Shown one piece after another: positions 1-9,330 of a stretch of 64,000 bases of DNA. The DNA lies in assembly GCA_044344255.1 (NCBI GenBank), contig JBIJDH010000029.1:13414-77413 (forward strand). Reading direction: 5' to 3'. The notes below the pieces were generated by a model. The model had not been told where the DNA came from. It was given only the letters and a program-made list of their open reading frames with translations, and did no database searches. The stretch comes from Myxococcota bacterium (lineage in GTDB: Bacteria; Myxococcota_A; UBA796; UBA2385). Each line of letters opens with the position of its first letter. The stretch's first letter is position 1. A program made the position numbers and the translations under genes.

Positions 1-3000
1 ACGTTCTTACCGATGAAGGCGTCCTGGGCCTCGTCGGTCAGCAGGCGGATGCGGTTCTCGCCGGCGAGGATGCGCTGGAAGTTCTCGTCGTCGAAGACCC
101 GCTCGCCGCCGGGGAGCCCGACGCTGGCGCCCGTCGCGACGACCGAGATCGCCGGAGCCGGCGCCACGACGAGCGCGGGCGAAGCCGCCGGGGCCGCCAC
201 CCGCGCGGGCGCCGCCACCGACGCCGCGGTCACCGTCGCAGCAGCGGCCGCCGTCACCGTCGCTGCCGCCGTCACCGCGCTGGGCCGGGTCGCGGGCCGC
301 GCCGCCTCGGGGAGGGCCGCCACGAGCGCGGTGAGGAAGGACTGGAGGGCCGGCGCCACGGCCTGGCTCAGGGCCTGAGCGCCGGCGGGCTCGAGGCCAG
401 CGCGCACCGCGCCCTCGACGAAGGTCCGCAGCAGCTCGGCCGACACCGTGGGGAGCGCCACCGGGATCGGGGCCGGCAGAGCGGACGCTCGGGCGACGGG
501 GGGCGGCGCCGAGGCCGCCGACGGGAGGCTCGGTCGCGCCGGGCTCGGGCGCCCAGGGGTGCGCGCGACGCCGAGGCGGCGGGCCGCGTAGTTCGCGAGG
601 TCGCGGAGGGTGCGGTACTCGGCGAGGCGGAAGCCGGAGTCATGCTCGAGGCGGAAGTGGTCGCGCACCCGCGCGACGAGCTCGGCCTGCTTGACCGTGT
701 CGACGCCGAGATCGGCCTCCAGCTCATCGTCCTGCGAGAGCTCTTCGGCCTTGTAGCCGGTGAGCTGGGCGGCGATCTCCAAGATCTGCGCCACGACGTA
801 GTCGGTCGCCTCGGCGGGGGCCGGCTTCACGGGCTCGCTCGGGCCGGTCGAGGTCGCGCTCGGCAGAGAACCTCGCGCGGCCATGGCCTCGGTGGTCGCG
901 AGGCGGGGCGCCATCGGCCCGAAGATGTCGATCGGCGGCCGCGCCGCCTCGGCCCGAACGGGGAAGCCGAGGGTGAGCAGCGCGGCGAGCGTGTCATGGA
1001 TCGACTGTACACCGCCCCGCTTGGGGTGGTTCGTATAAATGGCGCGGTGCGGGCGGCGCTTCAGGATGCTGACGACGAAGCCGGTGAGCGCGCGCTTGGG
1101 ACCACACTCGACGAAGATGCTGGCCCCGTCGGCGTACATCCGCTCCACCTGGGCGATCCACTCCACCGGGGCAGCCACCTGCTGGGCGAGGATGTCGATG
1201 ATGGCAGTTCGGGCGCCCTCACCGGTCGGGTAGTAGCGGCTCGTCACGTTGGTGGTGAAGGGTCGCCGCGGCTCGTGGATGTCGAGGCGGTCGAGCACCT
1301 TGCGCAGCGGGCCCGAGGCCGGCGCCACGATGCGGGAGTGGAAGGCGTGGCTGACCGGCAGGGGGTAGACAGTGATGCCGCGGGAGCGGAAGGCCTCCAC
1401 CGCGGCCTCCACGGCCTCCGTCTCACCGGCGATGACCGTCTGCGATGGACAGTTCTTGTTGGCGGCGATGACGTAGCCAGGGATCTCGGCCAACACCTCC
1501 CGCACCGTCTCGACGCTGGTGGCGACGCCGGCCATCTGGCCCTTGTCGTCGATCTTCACCGCGGCCATCTCGCGGCCACGGGCGCTCACGGCGATCAGCG
1601 CGTCCTCGAAGGAGAGCACGCCCGCGGCGACCGCGGCGGCGTACTCGCCGAGCGAGTGACCGGCCACCATGTCGGGGGTCACCCCGAAGGCGGCGAGGAG
1701 GCGGAGGATGGCCACATCGACGGTGAGCGTGGCGGGCTGGGAGATCTCGGTGGCGCGGAGGCGCTCGAACTGATCGTCCTCGGACAGGGAGGGGTCGCGC
1801 CGGATGAAGGTGGTGAGCGGACGGCCGAGCTCGGGGAGCATCACGGCGTCGGCGATGTCGAAGGTCTCCTTTACGATCGGCCAGCGCGCCGCGAGGTCGA
1901 GGCCCATGTCGATGTACTGGCTGCCCTGGCCGGTGAACAGGAAGGCGAGCTTCTTGTTGACGGGCTCGTCTTCGATCGAGATGCCGCGGGAGCGCAGGAG
2001 GTCGAGGGACTGGCCTTTGCCGAGCACCTTGATCGCCCGATCGAGCTGCTCCTGCCGCTCCACCGGATCGGCGGCCGAGGCGGCGATGCGCACGGGGGCG
2101 CCGGGATCGAAGGGCCGCGCTGGATCGAGGCCGCGCTGGAGGGCGTGGAGCACCTCCTCCTGGCTCTCGCCCGACACCGCCCAGACCCCCTCGGGGACCG
2201 GCCAGCCGCGGGGGACGAGCACCTCGGGGGCCACGATCCGCTCCGAGAGCGCCTCCTCGACGAGCGGGGCCGCGGAGCCCGCCGCGCGGTGCTCCTCCAA
2301 GACGACGTGGAAGTTGGTGCCGCCGAAGCCAAAGGCGCTGACCCCGGCCCGGCGGAGCCCCCGGGAGGGCCAGGGCTCGGCCGCCGTCTGGACCTGGAGC
2401 GGGACGGCGGTGAAGGGCACCCCGGCGCGGGCCCGCCGGAAGTTCAAGGTCGGCGGCAGCACGCCATGAAAGACGGCCAGCGCCGTCTTGATGACGCTCG
2501 CCGCCCCCGCGGCGCTCTTCAGGTGGCCGATGTTCGACTTCACGCTGCCGATGCGGATGGGCCCGCGCGCGCCGCGGCGGCCGGCGCCGATGACCTCGGT
2601 GAGGGCCTCGACCTCGACCTTGTCACCGACCACCGTGCTCGTGCCGTGGCACTCCACGAGGTCGACCTCGACGGGGTCGAAGCCGGCCTCGGCGTAGGCC
2701 CGCCGCAGGGCGAGGTGCTGCCCAGCGGGGTTGGGGGCGGTGATGCCCTTGCCCTTGCCGTCCGAGCTGGCGCCGATGCCCTTGATGACGGCGTAGATGC
2801 GGTCGCCGTCGCGCACGGCGTCGCCCAGGCGCTTGAGGAGCAGCACGCCACAGCCCTCGCCCATCACGAAGCCGTCTGCGCTCTCGTCGAAGGGGGCCGA
2901 GTGGCTGCCGGAGAGGGCGCCGATCTTGCAGAACTTGACGTAGGTGGGCACCGCCATGCTGCGGTCGGCACCGCCGGTCAGCGCCATGTCGAAGTCACCG

Positions 3001-4505
3001 TCCTGGAGCCCCTTCACGGCGGTCTGAATGGCGGCGAGCGAGCTCGCGCAGGCGGCGTCGACGGTGAAGTTCGGACCGGTGAGGTCAAATGCGTTGGCCA
3101 CGCGCCCGGCGATGACGTTCGAGAGCTCGCCCGGCATGCTGTCTTCGTTGATGGTCGGCAGCTCGCGCTTGAAGGCCTCCTCAAAGGCGGAGAGGATGCC
3201 GGCGCGGGTGGGGTCCGGCAGCGCGGCGAAGCCGGGGATCTCGGCGAGGGCCTTGCGGATGGCGGGGTAGCGCACGCGCAGGGCGTAGTCGTCGGTGACC
3301 TCGCCGCCCATCGAATTACCGAGGATCACCGCCGTACGACCGCGATCGAAGTCCCGCCCCTCGCCCTTGGCCTCGAGCTTGTAGCCGGCGTCCTGCAGCG
3401 CGTCGGCCACGCTCTCGAGCGCCGTCTGCTGGACGGGGTCCACCTGCTTGGCCACCGATGGGGGGATGCGGAAGCGGCGGGGGTTGAAGGTGAAGCGGGT
3501 GAGGAAGCCGCCGATCTTGGCGTAGGTCTTGTCGGGTGAGCTGTGATCGGGGTCCCAGAAGAGGGCAGGGTCCCAGCGCTCGGTCGGCACCTCGACGATG
3601 CTGCTCACGCCCCCGAGGATGTTGCTCCAGAACTCCGCCACCGACTCCGCGCCGGGGAGCCGGCAGCCGAGGCCGATGATCGCCACGCCGTCCTGGCTGC
3701 GGGGGGCCACGGCGCGGAGGGAGCGCCGCACGCTGAGGCCCAGCAGCGCCGCGCTGTATGCGCCGACGAGGCCGGCGAGGCTGTCGAAGGTGGCGGCCAG
3801 CGCCGCCGCATCGGCGAGGGCGAGGCCGGCCGGCCAGGCCACCTCGGCCGGATCATCGGCGGAGAACCAGCCTTCGGACTGCTCGAAGAAGGGGGCCCCG
3901 CCGAGCAGCCGGCGCAGCACGGGGGCGAGGGGGCTCGACTGGAGCCGAAAGCCGTTGACCACGTGGCTGGAGGCGGCCTCGGCGGCCCGCAGCCGAGCGG
4001 CGAGGCGCGGCGGGAGCTCGAGCTCGGGCAGGCCGAGGAGGAGATCCGAGACGACCACACCCGCGGCCCCCGCCTCGATGGCCGCGCGGGCTTGCTCGGG
4101 CTGGAGGCCGGCGTCCAGCACCACGGCGACCCCCTCGGGCATCCGAGCGAGGAGCTCCCGGCCCGAGGCCCCGCCGCAGGGCCCGCCCACCTCGGCGCCG
4201 CGCAGCACGAGGCCGGCGATGCCGTCGGGGACAGGGCCGGGCTCGGTGACCTCGAGCCAGGTCTCACGGTTCTTGATCGGGAGCGGCTCCTCACCGGCGG
4301 CGAGGATCACGGGCCCATGCCCGGGCAGGCCCTTACGGCGCCGGGTGCGGATCCACGTGTCGCCCTGGACCCGGACCGCGGCGCGGCTGCTCACGAGATC
4401 GAGCACCGGCGTCCCGCCCGCCGCGCTGACCACCGACACGAGGCTGGCGCGCTCGGGGGGGAGGACGCAGAGCAGAAGCGGTGAATTGGTCGGCCGTGAC
4501 GGCAT
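1..4505 (-). CDS. Iterative type I polyketide/fatty acid synthase (PfaA-like): degenerate ER/NMO-like N-terminus, KS, AT, ACP, second KS-like domain; 3' end lies outside the window
   Basis: Manual minus-strand translation from ATG at 4505 (MPSRPTNSPLLL...). KS motifs VAIIGLGCRLPG, EDSMPGELSNVIAGRVAN, DAACASS, ECHGTST, KSNIGHLKSAAG, SAFGFGGTNFH. AT motifs FTGQGSQY, GHSLGEY, SHAFHS. ACP LEADLGVDTVKQAEL. Second KS-like start VVATGASVGLPGGERVFDD at about 90-150. The + strand ORFs 642-3539 and 3543-4484 are in-register antisense shadows. Confidence 0.93.
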   Translation of the reverse strand, partial: MPSRPTNSPLLLCVLPPERASLVSVVSAAGGTPVLDLVSSRAAVRVQGDTWIRTRRRKGLPGHGPVILAAGEEPLPIKNRETWLEVTEPGPVPDGIAGLVLRGAEVGGPCGGASGRELLARMPEGVAVVLDAGLQPEQARAAIEAGAAGVVVSDLLLGLPELELPPRLAARLRAAEAASSHVVNGFRLQSSPLAPVLRRLLGGAPFFEQSEGWFSADDPAEVAWPAGLALADAAALAATFDSLAGLVGAYSAALLGLSVRRSLRAVAPRSQDGVAIIGLGCRLPGAESVAEFWSNILGGVSSIVEVPTERWDPALFWDPDHSSPDKTYAKIGGFLTRFTFNPRRFRIPPSVAKQVDPVQQTALESVADALQDAGYKLEAKGEGRDFDRGRTAVILGNSMGGEVTDDYALRVRYPAIRKALAEIPGFAALPDPTRAGILSAFEEAFKRELPTINEDSMPGELSNVIAGRVANAFDLTGPNFTVDAACASSLAAIQTAVKGLQDGDFDMALTGGADRSMAVPTYVKFCKIGALSGSHSAPFDESADGFVMGEGCGVLLLKRLGDAVRDGDRIYAVIKGIGASSDGKGKGITAPNPAGQHLALRRAYAEAGFDPVEVDLVECHGTSTVVGDKVEVEALTEVIGAGRRGARGPIRIGSVKSNIGHLKSAAGAASVIKTALAVFHGVLPPTLNFRRARAGVPFTAVPLQVQTAAEPWPSRGLRRAGVSAFGFGGTNFHVVLEEHRAAGSAAPLVEEALSERIVAPEVLVPRGWPVPEGVWAVSGESQEEVLHALQRGLDPARPFDPGAPVRIAASAADPVERQEQLDRAIKVLGKGQSLDLLRSRGISIEDEPVNKKLAFLFTGQGSQYIDMGLDLAARWPIVKETFDIADAVMLPELGRPLTTFIRRDPSLSEDDQFERLRATEISQPATLTVDVAILRLLAAFGVTPDMVAGHSLGEYAAAVAAGVLSFEDALIAVSARGREMAAVKIDDKGQMAGVATSVETVREVLAEIPGYVIAANKNCPSQTVIAGETEAVEAAVEAFRSRGITVYPLPVSHAFHSRIVAPASGPLRKVLDRLDIHEPRRPFTTNVTSRYYPTGEGARTAIIDILAQQVAAPVEWIAQVERMYADGASIFVECGPKRALTGFVVSILKRRPHRAIYTNHPKRGGVQSIHDTLAALLTLGFPVRAEAARPPIDIFGPMAPRLATTEAMAARGSLPSATSTGPSEPVKPAPAEATDYVVAQILEIAAQLTGYKAEELSQDDELEADLGVDTVKQAELVARVRDHFRLEHDSGFRLAEYRTLRDLANYAARRLGVARTPGRPSPARPSLPSAASAPPPVARASALPAPIPVALPTVSAELLRTFVEGAVRAGLEPAGAQALSQAVAPALQSFLTALVAALPEAARPATRPSAVTAAATVTAAAAATVTAASVAAPARVAAPAASPALVVAPAPAISVVATGASVGLPGGERVFDDENFQRILAGENRIRLLTDEAQDAFIGKN

Positions 4506-4643
4506 GGGCAGAGCTCTCCGATCCCTCTGGGTAAACCACTTAGGGTGCCCTGGCCAGCCGGCCGCCGCGCGGACCGAGCCCCTTCCATCGGAGGGGGGCG
4601 GCGTATTAAGGTGGGGCCACAACCTGCGGCGCCGAGGCTGCCT

Positions 4644-5636
4644 TTGACGAACGAACCTGAATCTGGCGAAGTGGAATCCGGGGACTGGGAGTCTGCTGAC
4701 GACGACCTCGAGCCCTCCGGCGGCGGATCACGGCGCATCTCCCTCTCGATTCCGGCCGTCATCGCCGCCCTCGGCTTCGGCCTGCTCGGCGGTGTGGTGC
4801 TCGGCTACGCGGTCAAGGCCTTCACGACCGAGCCGGTGGTCGTCATTCCGCCCGCGCAGGTCATCAAGGAGGGGCTCTCCGCCGAGGACATGGCTCTCCT
4901 CTGTGTAGACCAGGTCGAGCCGGAGACCGAGAAGGCCCGTAAGGCCCAGCAGCGGGTGATGGACCTCGAGAAGGAGCTCACCGAGAAGGAGGCCGCCCTC
5001 GCCGCCGAGATGGCCCAAGACCAGAAAGACGAGGTCAAGCGGAAGGCCGCCGCCAAGAAGTGGAAGGCGATGGAGGCCGACATCGCCAACCTCCGCGTGC
5101 AGCTCGCCAGCGCCGAGCGGCAGCGCGACGAGATCAAGGTCAAGCTCGAGCGCACCGTGCGTGACCTTCGTGTTCAGATCAAGGAGACCAAGAAGTACCA
5201 GGAGGCGGCGAAGGAGTACAAAGGCGAGTCCGAAGAGAACCTCTGGGCGGCCTTCAACGCCAACGCCAAGGTCGAGATCTGTGACCGCGGCACCCGGAAG
5301 CGCCACGAAAAGTGCCACGAGGCGGTCGACACCGCCATCGCCGGCTACCACGGCCGCTTCAAGGAGTGTGTCGGCGACTTCCAGGCCGTGCCGGTCTTGA
5401 AGCAGCTCGCCAAGAAGGAGCCGCAGCCCGAATTCTCCGAGAAGCTGCCCGAGGACAACAAGTTCACCCGCAGCGACTGGGTGATCATCTTCTGCGATCC
5501 GAGCCTGCCGCAGTCCCCCGGCAACGCCCAGGATGACGTCGATCTCGACAAGGCCATCGTCGAGCCCGACTCCATCCGCGACGCCGAAGAGACCCTCAAC
5601 GCCACGCCCGAGCCCACCGGCGAAGAAGAGCCCTGA
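4644..5636 (+). CDS. Membrane-anchored coiled-coil hypothetical protein with Cys-containing C-terminal domain
   Basis: One TM segment (IPAVIAALGFGLLGGVVLGYAV), long K/E-rich heptad region, high GC3. TTG start at 4644 chosen after GAGG; the ORF track starts at 4545. Confidence 0.75.
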   Translation: MTNEPESGEVESGDWESADDDLEPSGGGSRRISLSIPAVIAALGFGLLGGVVLGYAVKAFTTEPVVVIPPAQVIKEGLSAEDMALLCVDQVEPETEKARKAQQRVMDLEKELTEKEAALAAEMAQDQKDEVKRKAAAKKWKAMEADIANLRVQLASAERQRDEIKVKLERTVRDLRVQIKETKKYQEAAKEYKGESEENLWAAFNANAKVEICDRGTRKRHEKCHEAVDTAIAGYHGRFKECVGDFQAVPVLKQLAKKEPQPEFSEKLPEDNKFTRSDWVIIFCDPSLPQSPGNAQDDVDLDKAIVEPDSIRDAEETLNATPEPTGEEEP

Positions 5637-5666
5637 GCCAGCCTCCTCCGCGGCGGCGCCCGGGGC

Positions 5667-6533
5667 TCAGCCCTTGACGCCGCCTGCGGTGAGGCCCTCG
5701 ACGAGGTGGCGCTGGAGCACGAAGAACAGCGCCATCACCGGGATGCTCACGATCACGGCTCCCGCCGCGAAGTGCCCCCACTCTGTCCCGTAATTGTTCA
5801 CGTAGCTGTTCAGCACGACAGGCAACGTGTACGCGCGGGCGTCCGAGAGGAAGGTGGCGGCGAGGATGAACTCGTTCCACGCCGTCATGAAGCTGAAGAG
5901 CGCCGTGACGGCGAGGGCCGGCCGGGCGAGCGGCAGCACGATGCGGGTGAAGGTGACCCAACGGCTGGCGCCGTCCATCAGGGCCGCCTCCTCGAGCTCC
6001 TTCGGCAGCGTGTCGAAGTAGCCCTTGAGGTTCCAGGTACAAAAGGGGATCGCGGTGGTCGAATAGACCAGCGACAGCCCCACGAGCGAGTTCAAGAGCC
6101 CGAGCTCGTCCATGAGGATGTAGAGCGGGATCGCCATCACCACGCCGGGGAACATCTGCGTGACCAGGAAGAGCTGCATGCCCCGCTCCCGCCCCGGGAA
6201 GCCGAAGCGGCTCATCGCATAGGCCGCCGTCGTAGAGAGCCCGATGCCGATCACGCTCGTGACGGCGGCCACCACGAGGGAGTTGAAGGTCTGCCGCAGG
6301 AAGAGCGAACAGTCGTCGTTCGGACAGATCACCTCGCGGAAGTTGTCGAGCGAGAGCTGGCTCGGCAACAGCGTGGGCTCCATCTGGAAGGCCTGCGAGG
6401 GCGTCAACGCCATCTGCACCACCCAGAGCACGGGGTAGAGCACCACGAGGCAGGTCAGGCCGAGCAGCGCGTGGGTGAGCGCCTGCTGGAGCAGGGAGAC
6501 ACGGGTGATGGAGTCGGGGCGGTCGGCGGTCAC
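5667..6533 (-). CDS. Carbohydrate ABC transporter permease (MalG-like)
   Basis: EAA motif LPKELEEAALMDGASR, AYAMSRFGFPGR, FMTAWNEFILA, C-terminal GLTAGGVKG. Confidence 0.92.
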   Translation of the reverse strand: MTADRPDSITRVSLLQQALTHALLGLTCLVVLYPVLWVVQMALTPSQAFQMEPTLLPSQLSLDNFREVICPNDDCSLFLRQTFNSLVVAAVTSVIGIGLSTTAAYAMSRFGFPGRERGMQLFLVTQMFPGVVMAIPLYILMDELGLLNSLVGLSLVYSTTAIPFCTWNLKGYFDTLPKELEEAALMDGASRWVTFTRIVLPLARPALAVTALFSFMTAWNEFILAATFLSDARAYTLPVVLNSYVNNYGTEWGHFAAGAVIVSIPVMALFFVLQRHLVEGLTAGGVKG

Positions 6534-6667
6534 GGCTGTCCTTTCGGCGGCCCCACTCTATCAGACACGCCGTGCCGGCCACATTCTATTCGAGCGGCGT
6601 CGAAGGACCTGGGCGGCTGCGGCGTCCTCGGGATAGCTCGCTGTCAGCGTTCCACGGAGACCCCGAC

Positions 6668-7333
6668 ATGACTCGCCTCCTCCACGCCCTTTTGCCCCTC
6701 CTCGTCCTCGGTGCCCTCGCGACCGCGCCCGGTGTGGCTCACGCCAAGAACGGCGACGTCAAGATGGTCGGCATCGACTCCGTTGACGACGTGCTGAAGC
6801 AGGTGAAGAAGCTCGACAACCTCGTCGATGACGCATCCAAGCAGCGCACCCTCGCCCGTGACGGCCTGAACACCGCGCTGGGCCTGAAGAAGGGCACCCC
6901 CTTGGACGACGCCCTCAACGACCTCCGCAAGAAGGCGGCCGGCAAGGTGAAGGTCGTCTCGCGCGGCGGGCAGCTCGCCCTCGAGCCCACCGACGCCGTC
7001 CCCGCCAACGTGAAACAGGGGATCGACGCCCTGAACAACGCCATTACTGGCTACACGGGCGCGATCATCTCGTTGAAAGACGTCCCCGGAGAGGCGGTCA
7101 AGCTCAAGGGCAAGTGCCAGAAGCTCCCGAAGAAGTTCAAGAAGGAGGTCCTCGGCGGGAACCCCCTCAAGATCATCAAGAGCATCAAGAAGGTGGGCGT
7201 GCTCAAGGATGACGTCAAGATCGCCTTGGAGCTCCCGAAGCGCACCGCCAAGGTCACCAAGGGCCTGAACAGCGACATGGGCATGATGGTCGGCACCTTC
7301 GGAGGGTCCTGGCCCCCGAAGGTCGGCAACTGA
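6668..7333 (+). CDS. Secreted Lys-rich hypothetical protein
   Basis: ATG 6668 after GGAG; signal peptide MTRLLHALLPLLVLGALATAPGVAHA; typical codon bias. Confidence 0.75.
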   Translation: MTRLLHALLPLLVLGALATAPGVAHAKNGDVKMVGIDSVDDVLKQVKKLDNLVDDASKQRTLARDGLNTALGLKKGTPLDDALNDLRKKAAGKVKVVSRGGQLALEPTDAVPANVKQGIDALNNAITGYTGAIISLKDVPGEAVKLKGKCQKLPKKFKKEVLGGNPLKIIKSIKKVGVLKDDVKIALELPKRTAKVTKGLNSDMGMMVGTFGGSWPPKVGN

Positions 7334-7357
7334 CGGGTCGGCAACGGAAGGGTCGGC
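7321..7357. repeat. Degenerate 15-bp tandem repeat (GGTCGGCAAC core) between convergent stop codons
   Basis: ggtcggcaactgacg / ggtcggcaacggaag / ggtcggc. Confidence 0.7.
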
Positions 7358-8590
7358 CTAGGCCCCTCCCCCCTGGAGGAGCCGGAAGGCGCCGCGGTTG
7401 AGGAGCGGCGGTAGGAGGGCGACCAGGGCGACGAGCCCGCTCAAGGCGAAGTGAGCGGGATAGCCCAGCGCGGCCGCGCTGAAGCCCGCCACCGCCCCCG
7501 CGATGCCCGTCGCGAAGACGACCACCGAGGCCTGGATGGTGTAGTCGGTGCCGGCGTGCTCGGCGCCGCAGGCGTCCATCATCCAGGTGAACAGCACCGC
7601 CGTGGCGAGGCCGCTCGTGAAGTGCTCGCCGACGCAGAGCAGGAGCGTGCCGGGCAGCGGCAGGGGGAGCGTGGCGAGCAGCGCGTAGCCGCCCACCATC
7701 AAGGCCTGCAGCGCCCCGAAGAGCAGCAGCGCCCGCCGACGCCCGAGCGGCTGCAGCGCCGCCCCGCCCACCAGCGCGCCGAGCAGGCCGGCCGAGAAGC
7801 CCGCGCCGCCGAGCACCCAGCCGATGTCGATCAGGCTGAGCCCGCGATCGACCAGCATCGGCCGCAGCATGCTCACCCCCATCGCCTCGCCGGCCTTGAA
7901 CAGCGCGAGGAAGCCGAGCCAGGGCAGGGCCCCCGGGCGGCGGAAGAAGCGGGCGAAGATCTCGAAGGCGCCAGACCGCCCTCCCGCGCCGACGGCCGCG
8001 CCCTCGACAGCGGCGGGGGGCGCCTCGGTGTGGAGGGCGGTCGGCAGCGTGCAGACCAGAGCCACCGCCGCCATGACGAAGAAGGCGGCGCGCCAGCCGA
8101 TCTCGCCCAACAACACGAGCAGGAGCCCGCCGCCGATGATCATGCCGAGCCGATAGCCGGCGACCTGGACCCCATTGCCGAGCCCGCGCTCTTCCCGGGC
8201 GAGGAGCTCGACGGCGAGGCCGTCGGTCGCGATGTCCTGGGTGGCGGCGAAGAGGTTGAGCAGGAAGAAGCCGCCGAGCACGAGGCCGAGCTGGACGTCG
8301 AGGTCGAGCAGGCCCACGGCGACCAGCGCCGCCACGATCAGCGCCTGGAGCGGCAGGATCCAGCTCCGCCGCCGCCCCCAGCGCGGTGACCAGTGGCGGT
8401 CCACCCAGGGGGCCCACAAGAACTTGAGCGACCAGGGCAAGGCGAGGGCGCCGAGCGAGCCGATGACGGGCAGCGAGGCGCCCTGGTCGCGGAGGATCGC
8501 CGGGAGGGCCTGGCTGTAGAAGCCGAAGGGGAGGCCCTGGGACAGATACAGCGCCAGCAGGAGACCGAGCCGACGCCAGGCGGAGGACAT
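7358..8590 (-). CDS. MFS transporter, AmpG/RhtX/FptX family
   Basis: YLSQGLPFG, LPWSLKFLWAPWVD, RRRSWILPLQ, ATQDIATDGLAV, AGTDYTIQAS motifs; GGAGG before ATG 8590. Confidence 0.9.
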   Translation of the reverse strand: MSSAWRRLGLLLALYLSQGLPFGFYSQALPAILRDQGASLPVIGSLGALALPWSLKFLWAPWVDRHWSPRWGRRRSWILPLQALIVAALVAVGLLDLDVQLGLVLGGFFLLNLFAATQDIATDGLAVELLAREERGLGNGVQVAGYRLGMIIGGGLLLVLLGEIGWRAAFFVMAAVALVCTLPTALHTEAPPAAVEGAAVGAGGRSGAFEIFARFFRRPGALPWLGFLALFKAGEAMGVSMLRPMLVDRGLSLIDIGWVLGGAGFSAGLLGALVGGAALQPLGRRRALLLFGALQALMVGGYALLATLPLPLPGTLLLCVGEHFTSGLATAVLFTWMMDACGAEHAGTDYTIQASVVVFATGIAGAVAGFSAAALGYPAHFALSGLVALVALLPPLLNRGAFRLLQGGGA

Positions 8591-8619
8591 GAACACCTCC
8601 GACGCCGGCTAACCCCGCC

Positions 8620-9174
8620 TCAGGGCTCGCCGACCGTCACCGTCACATCGTCGCGATACCGCCCCACCTGCATGGTGATGGTGACCTCTCCGGCGACGAG
8701 GAAGGTTGCGACGTACTCGTCGAAGGTGACGGTGTCGGCGGGATCGGAGCGGAAGGTGCTCGCCCCGGTGAGCAGCGCGTCGTCGCAGTACAGGAGCAGG
8801 TTCCAGTGGTCGCCCACCACCGGCGCGGGGGGCCCGTCGGGGCGGAGCTCCACCACCCCGCAGGTCTCGCCCGAGGACTCGGGCCGCTCGTCGCCAGTGT
8901 CGACGGCGGTGTCCGCCTCGCTGGACTTCTCGCCGCAGCCGGCCCCCACGACCATCAGCATCGACAAGAGGCCGTGCGCCAGGCGGCGGCGCAGCAGAGG
9001 CCGAGAGAGGGGGAGGGCGAGTGGCAAGGCGGCGCTCCAGCGGCGGGGTCCGCCATCTTCGGTCAAGGCGGCGGCTCCGTCAACGCGCCAGACCCGTCCC
9101 CGCGACCGACGGACCTCCTCCGGGCGCGCTCGGCGAGCCGCGCCCAGCTCTCCGGCGGGCTCGCTGGATGACAC
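8620..9174 (-). CDS. Hypothetical protein, probable lipoprotein (true start may be downstream)
   Basis: Hydrophobic stretch ending VVGAGC followed by an acidic beta-rich domain; 5' part is low-complexity and the start is uncertain. Confidence 0.55.
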   Translation of the reverse strand: MSSSEPAGELGAARRARPEEVRRSRGRVWRVDGAAALTEDGGPRRWSAALPLALPLSRPLLRRRLAHGLLSMLMVVGAGCGEKSSEADTAVDTGDERPESSGETCGVVELRPDGPPAPVVGDHWNLLLYCDDALLTGASTFRSDPADTVTFDEYVATFLVAGEVTITMQVGRYRDDVTVTVGEP

Positions 9175-9330
9175 TTGTCAGCGTTGAACGCCGCTGGACC
9201 ATGAGCCGTCAACGCACTAAGCCGCGAGACCCGCGCCCTCGCCCCGGCGGGCGACACGGCGTGTTCAGGCGCCCCCCGCTCGTCCGACGTCGCATGTCCC
9301 GCGGAAGGTCGCCCCCGCACCGGAGATCCA

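Noticed and set aside
642..4484. Long + strand ORFs (965 aa, 313 aa)
   Set aside because: In-register antisense shadows of the minus-strand PKS; no motifs.
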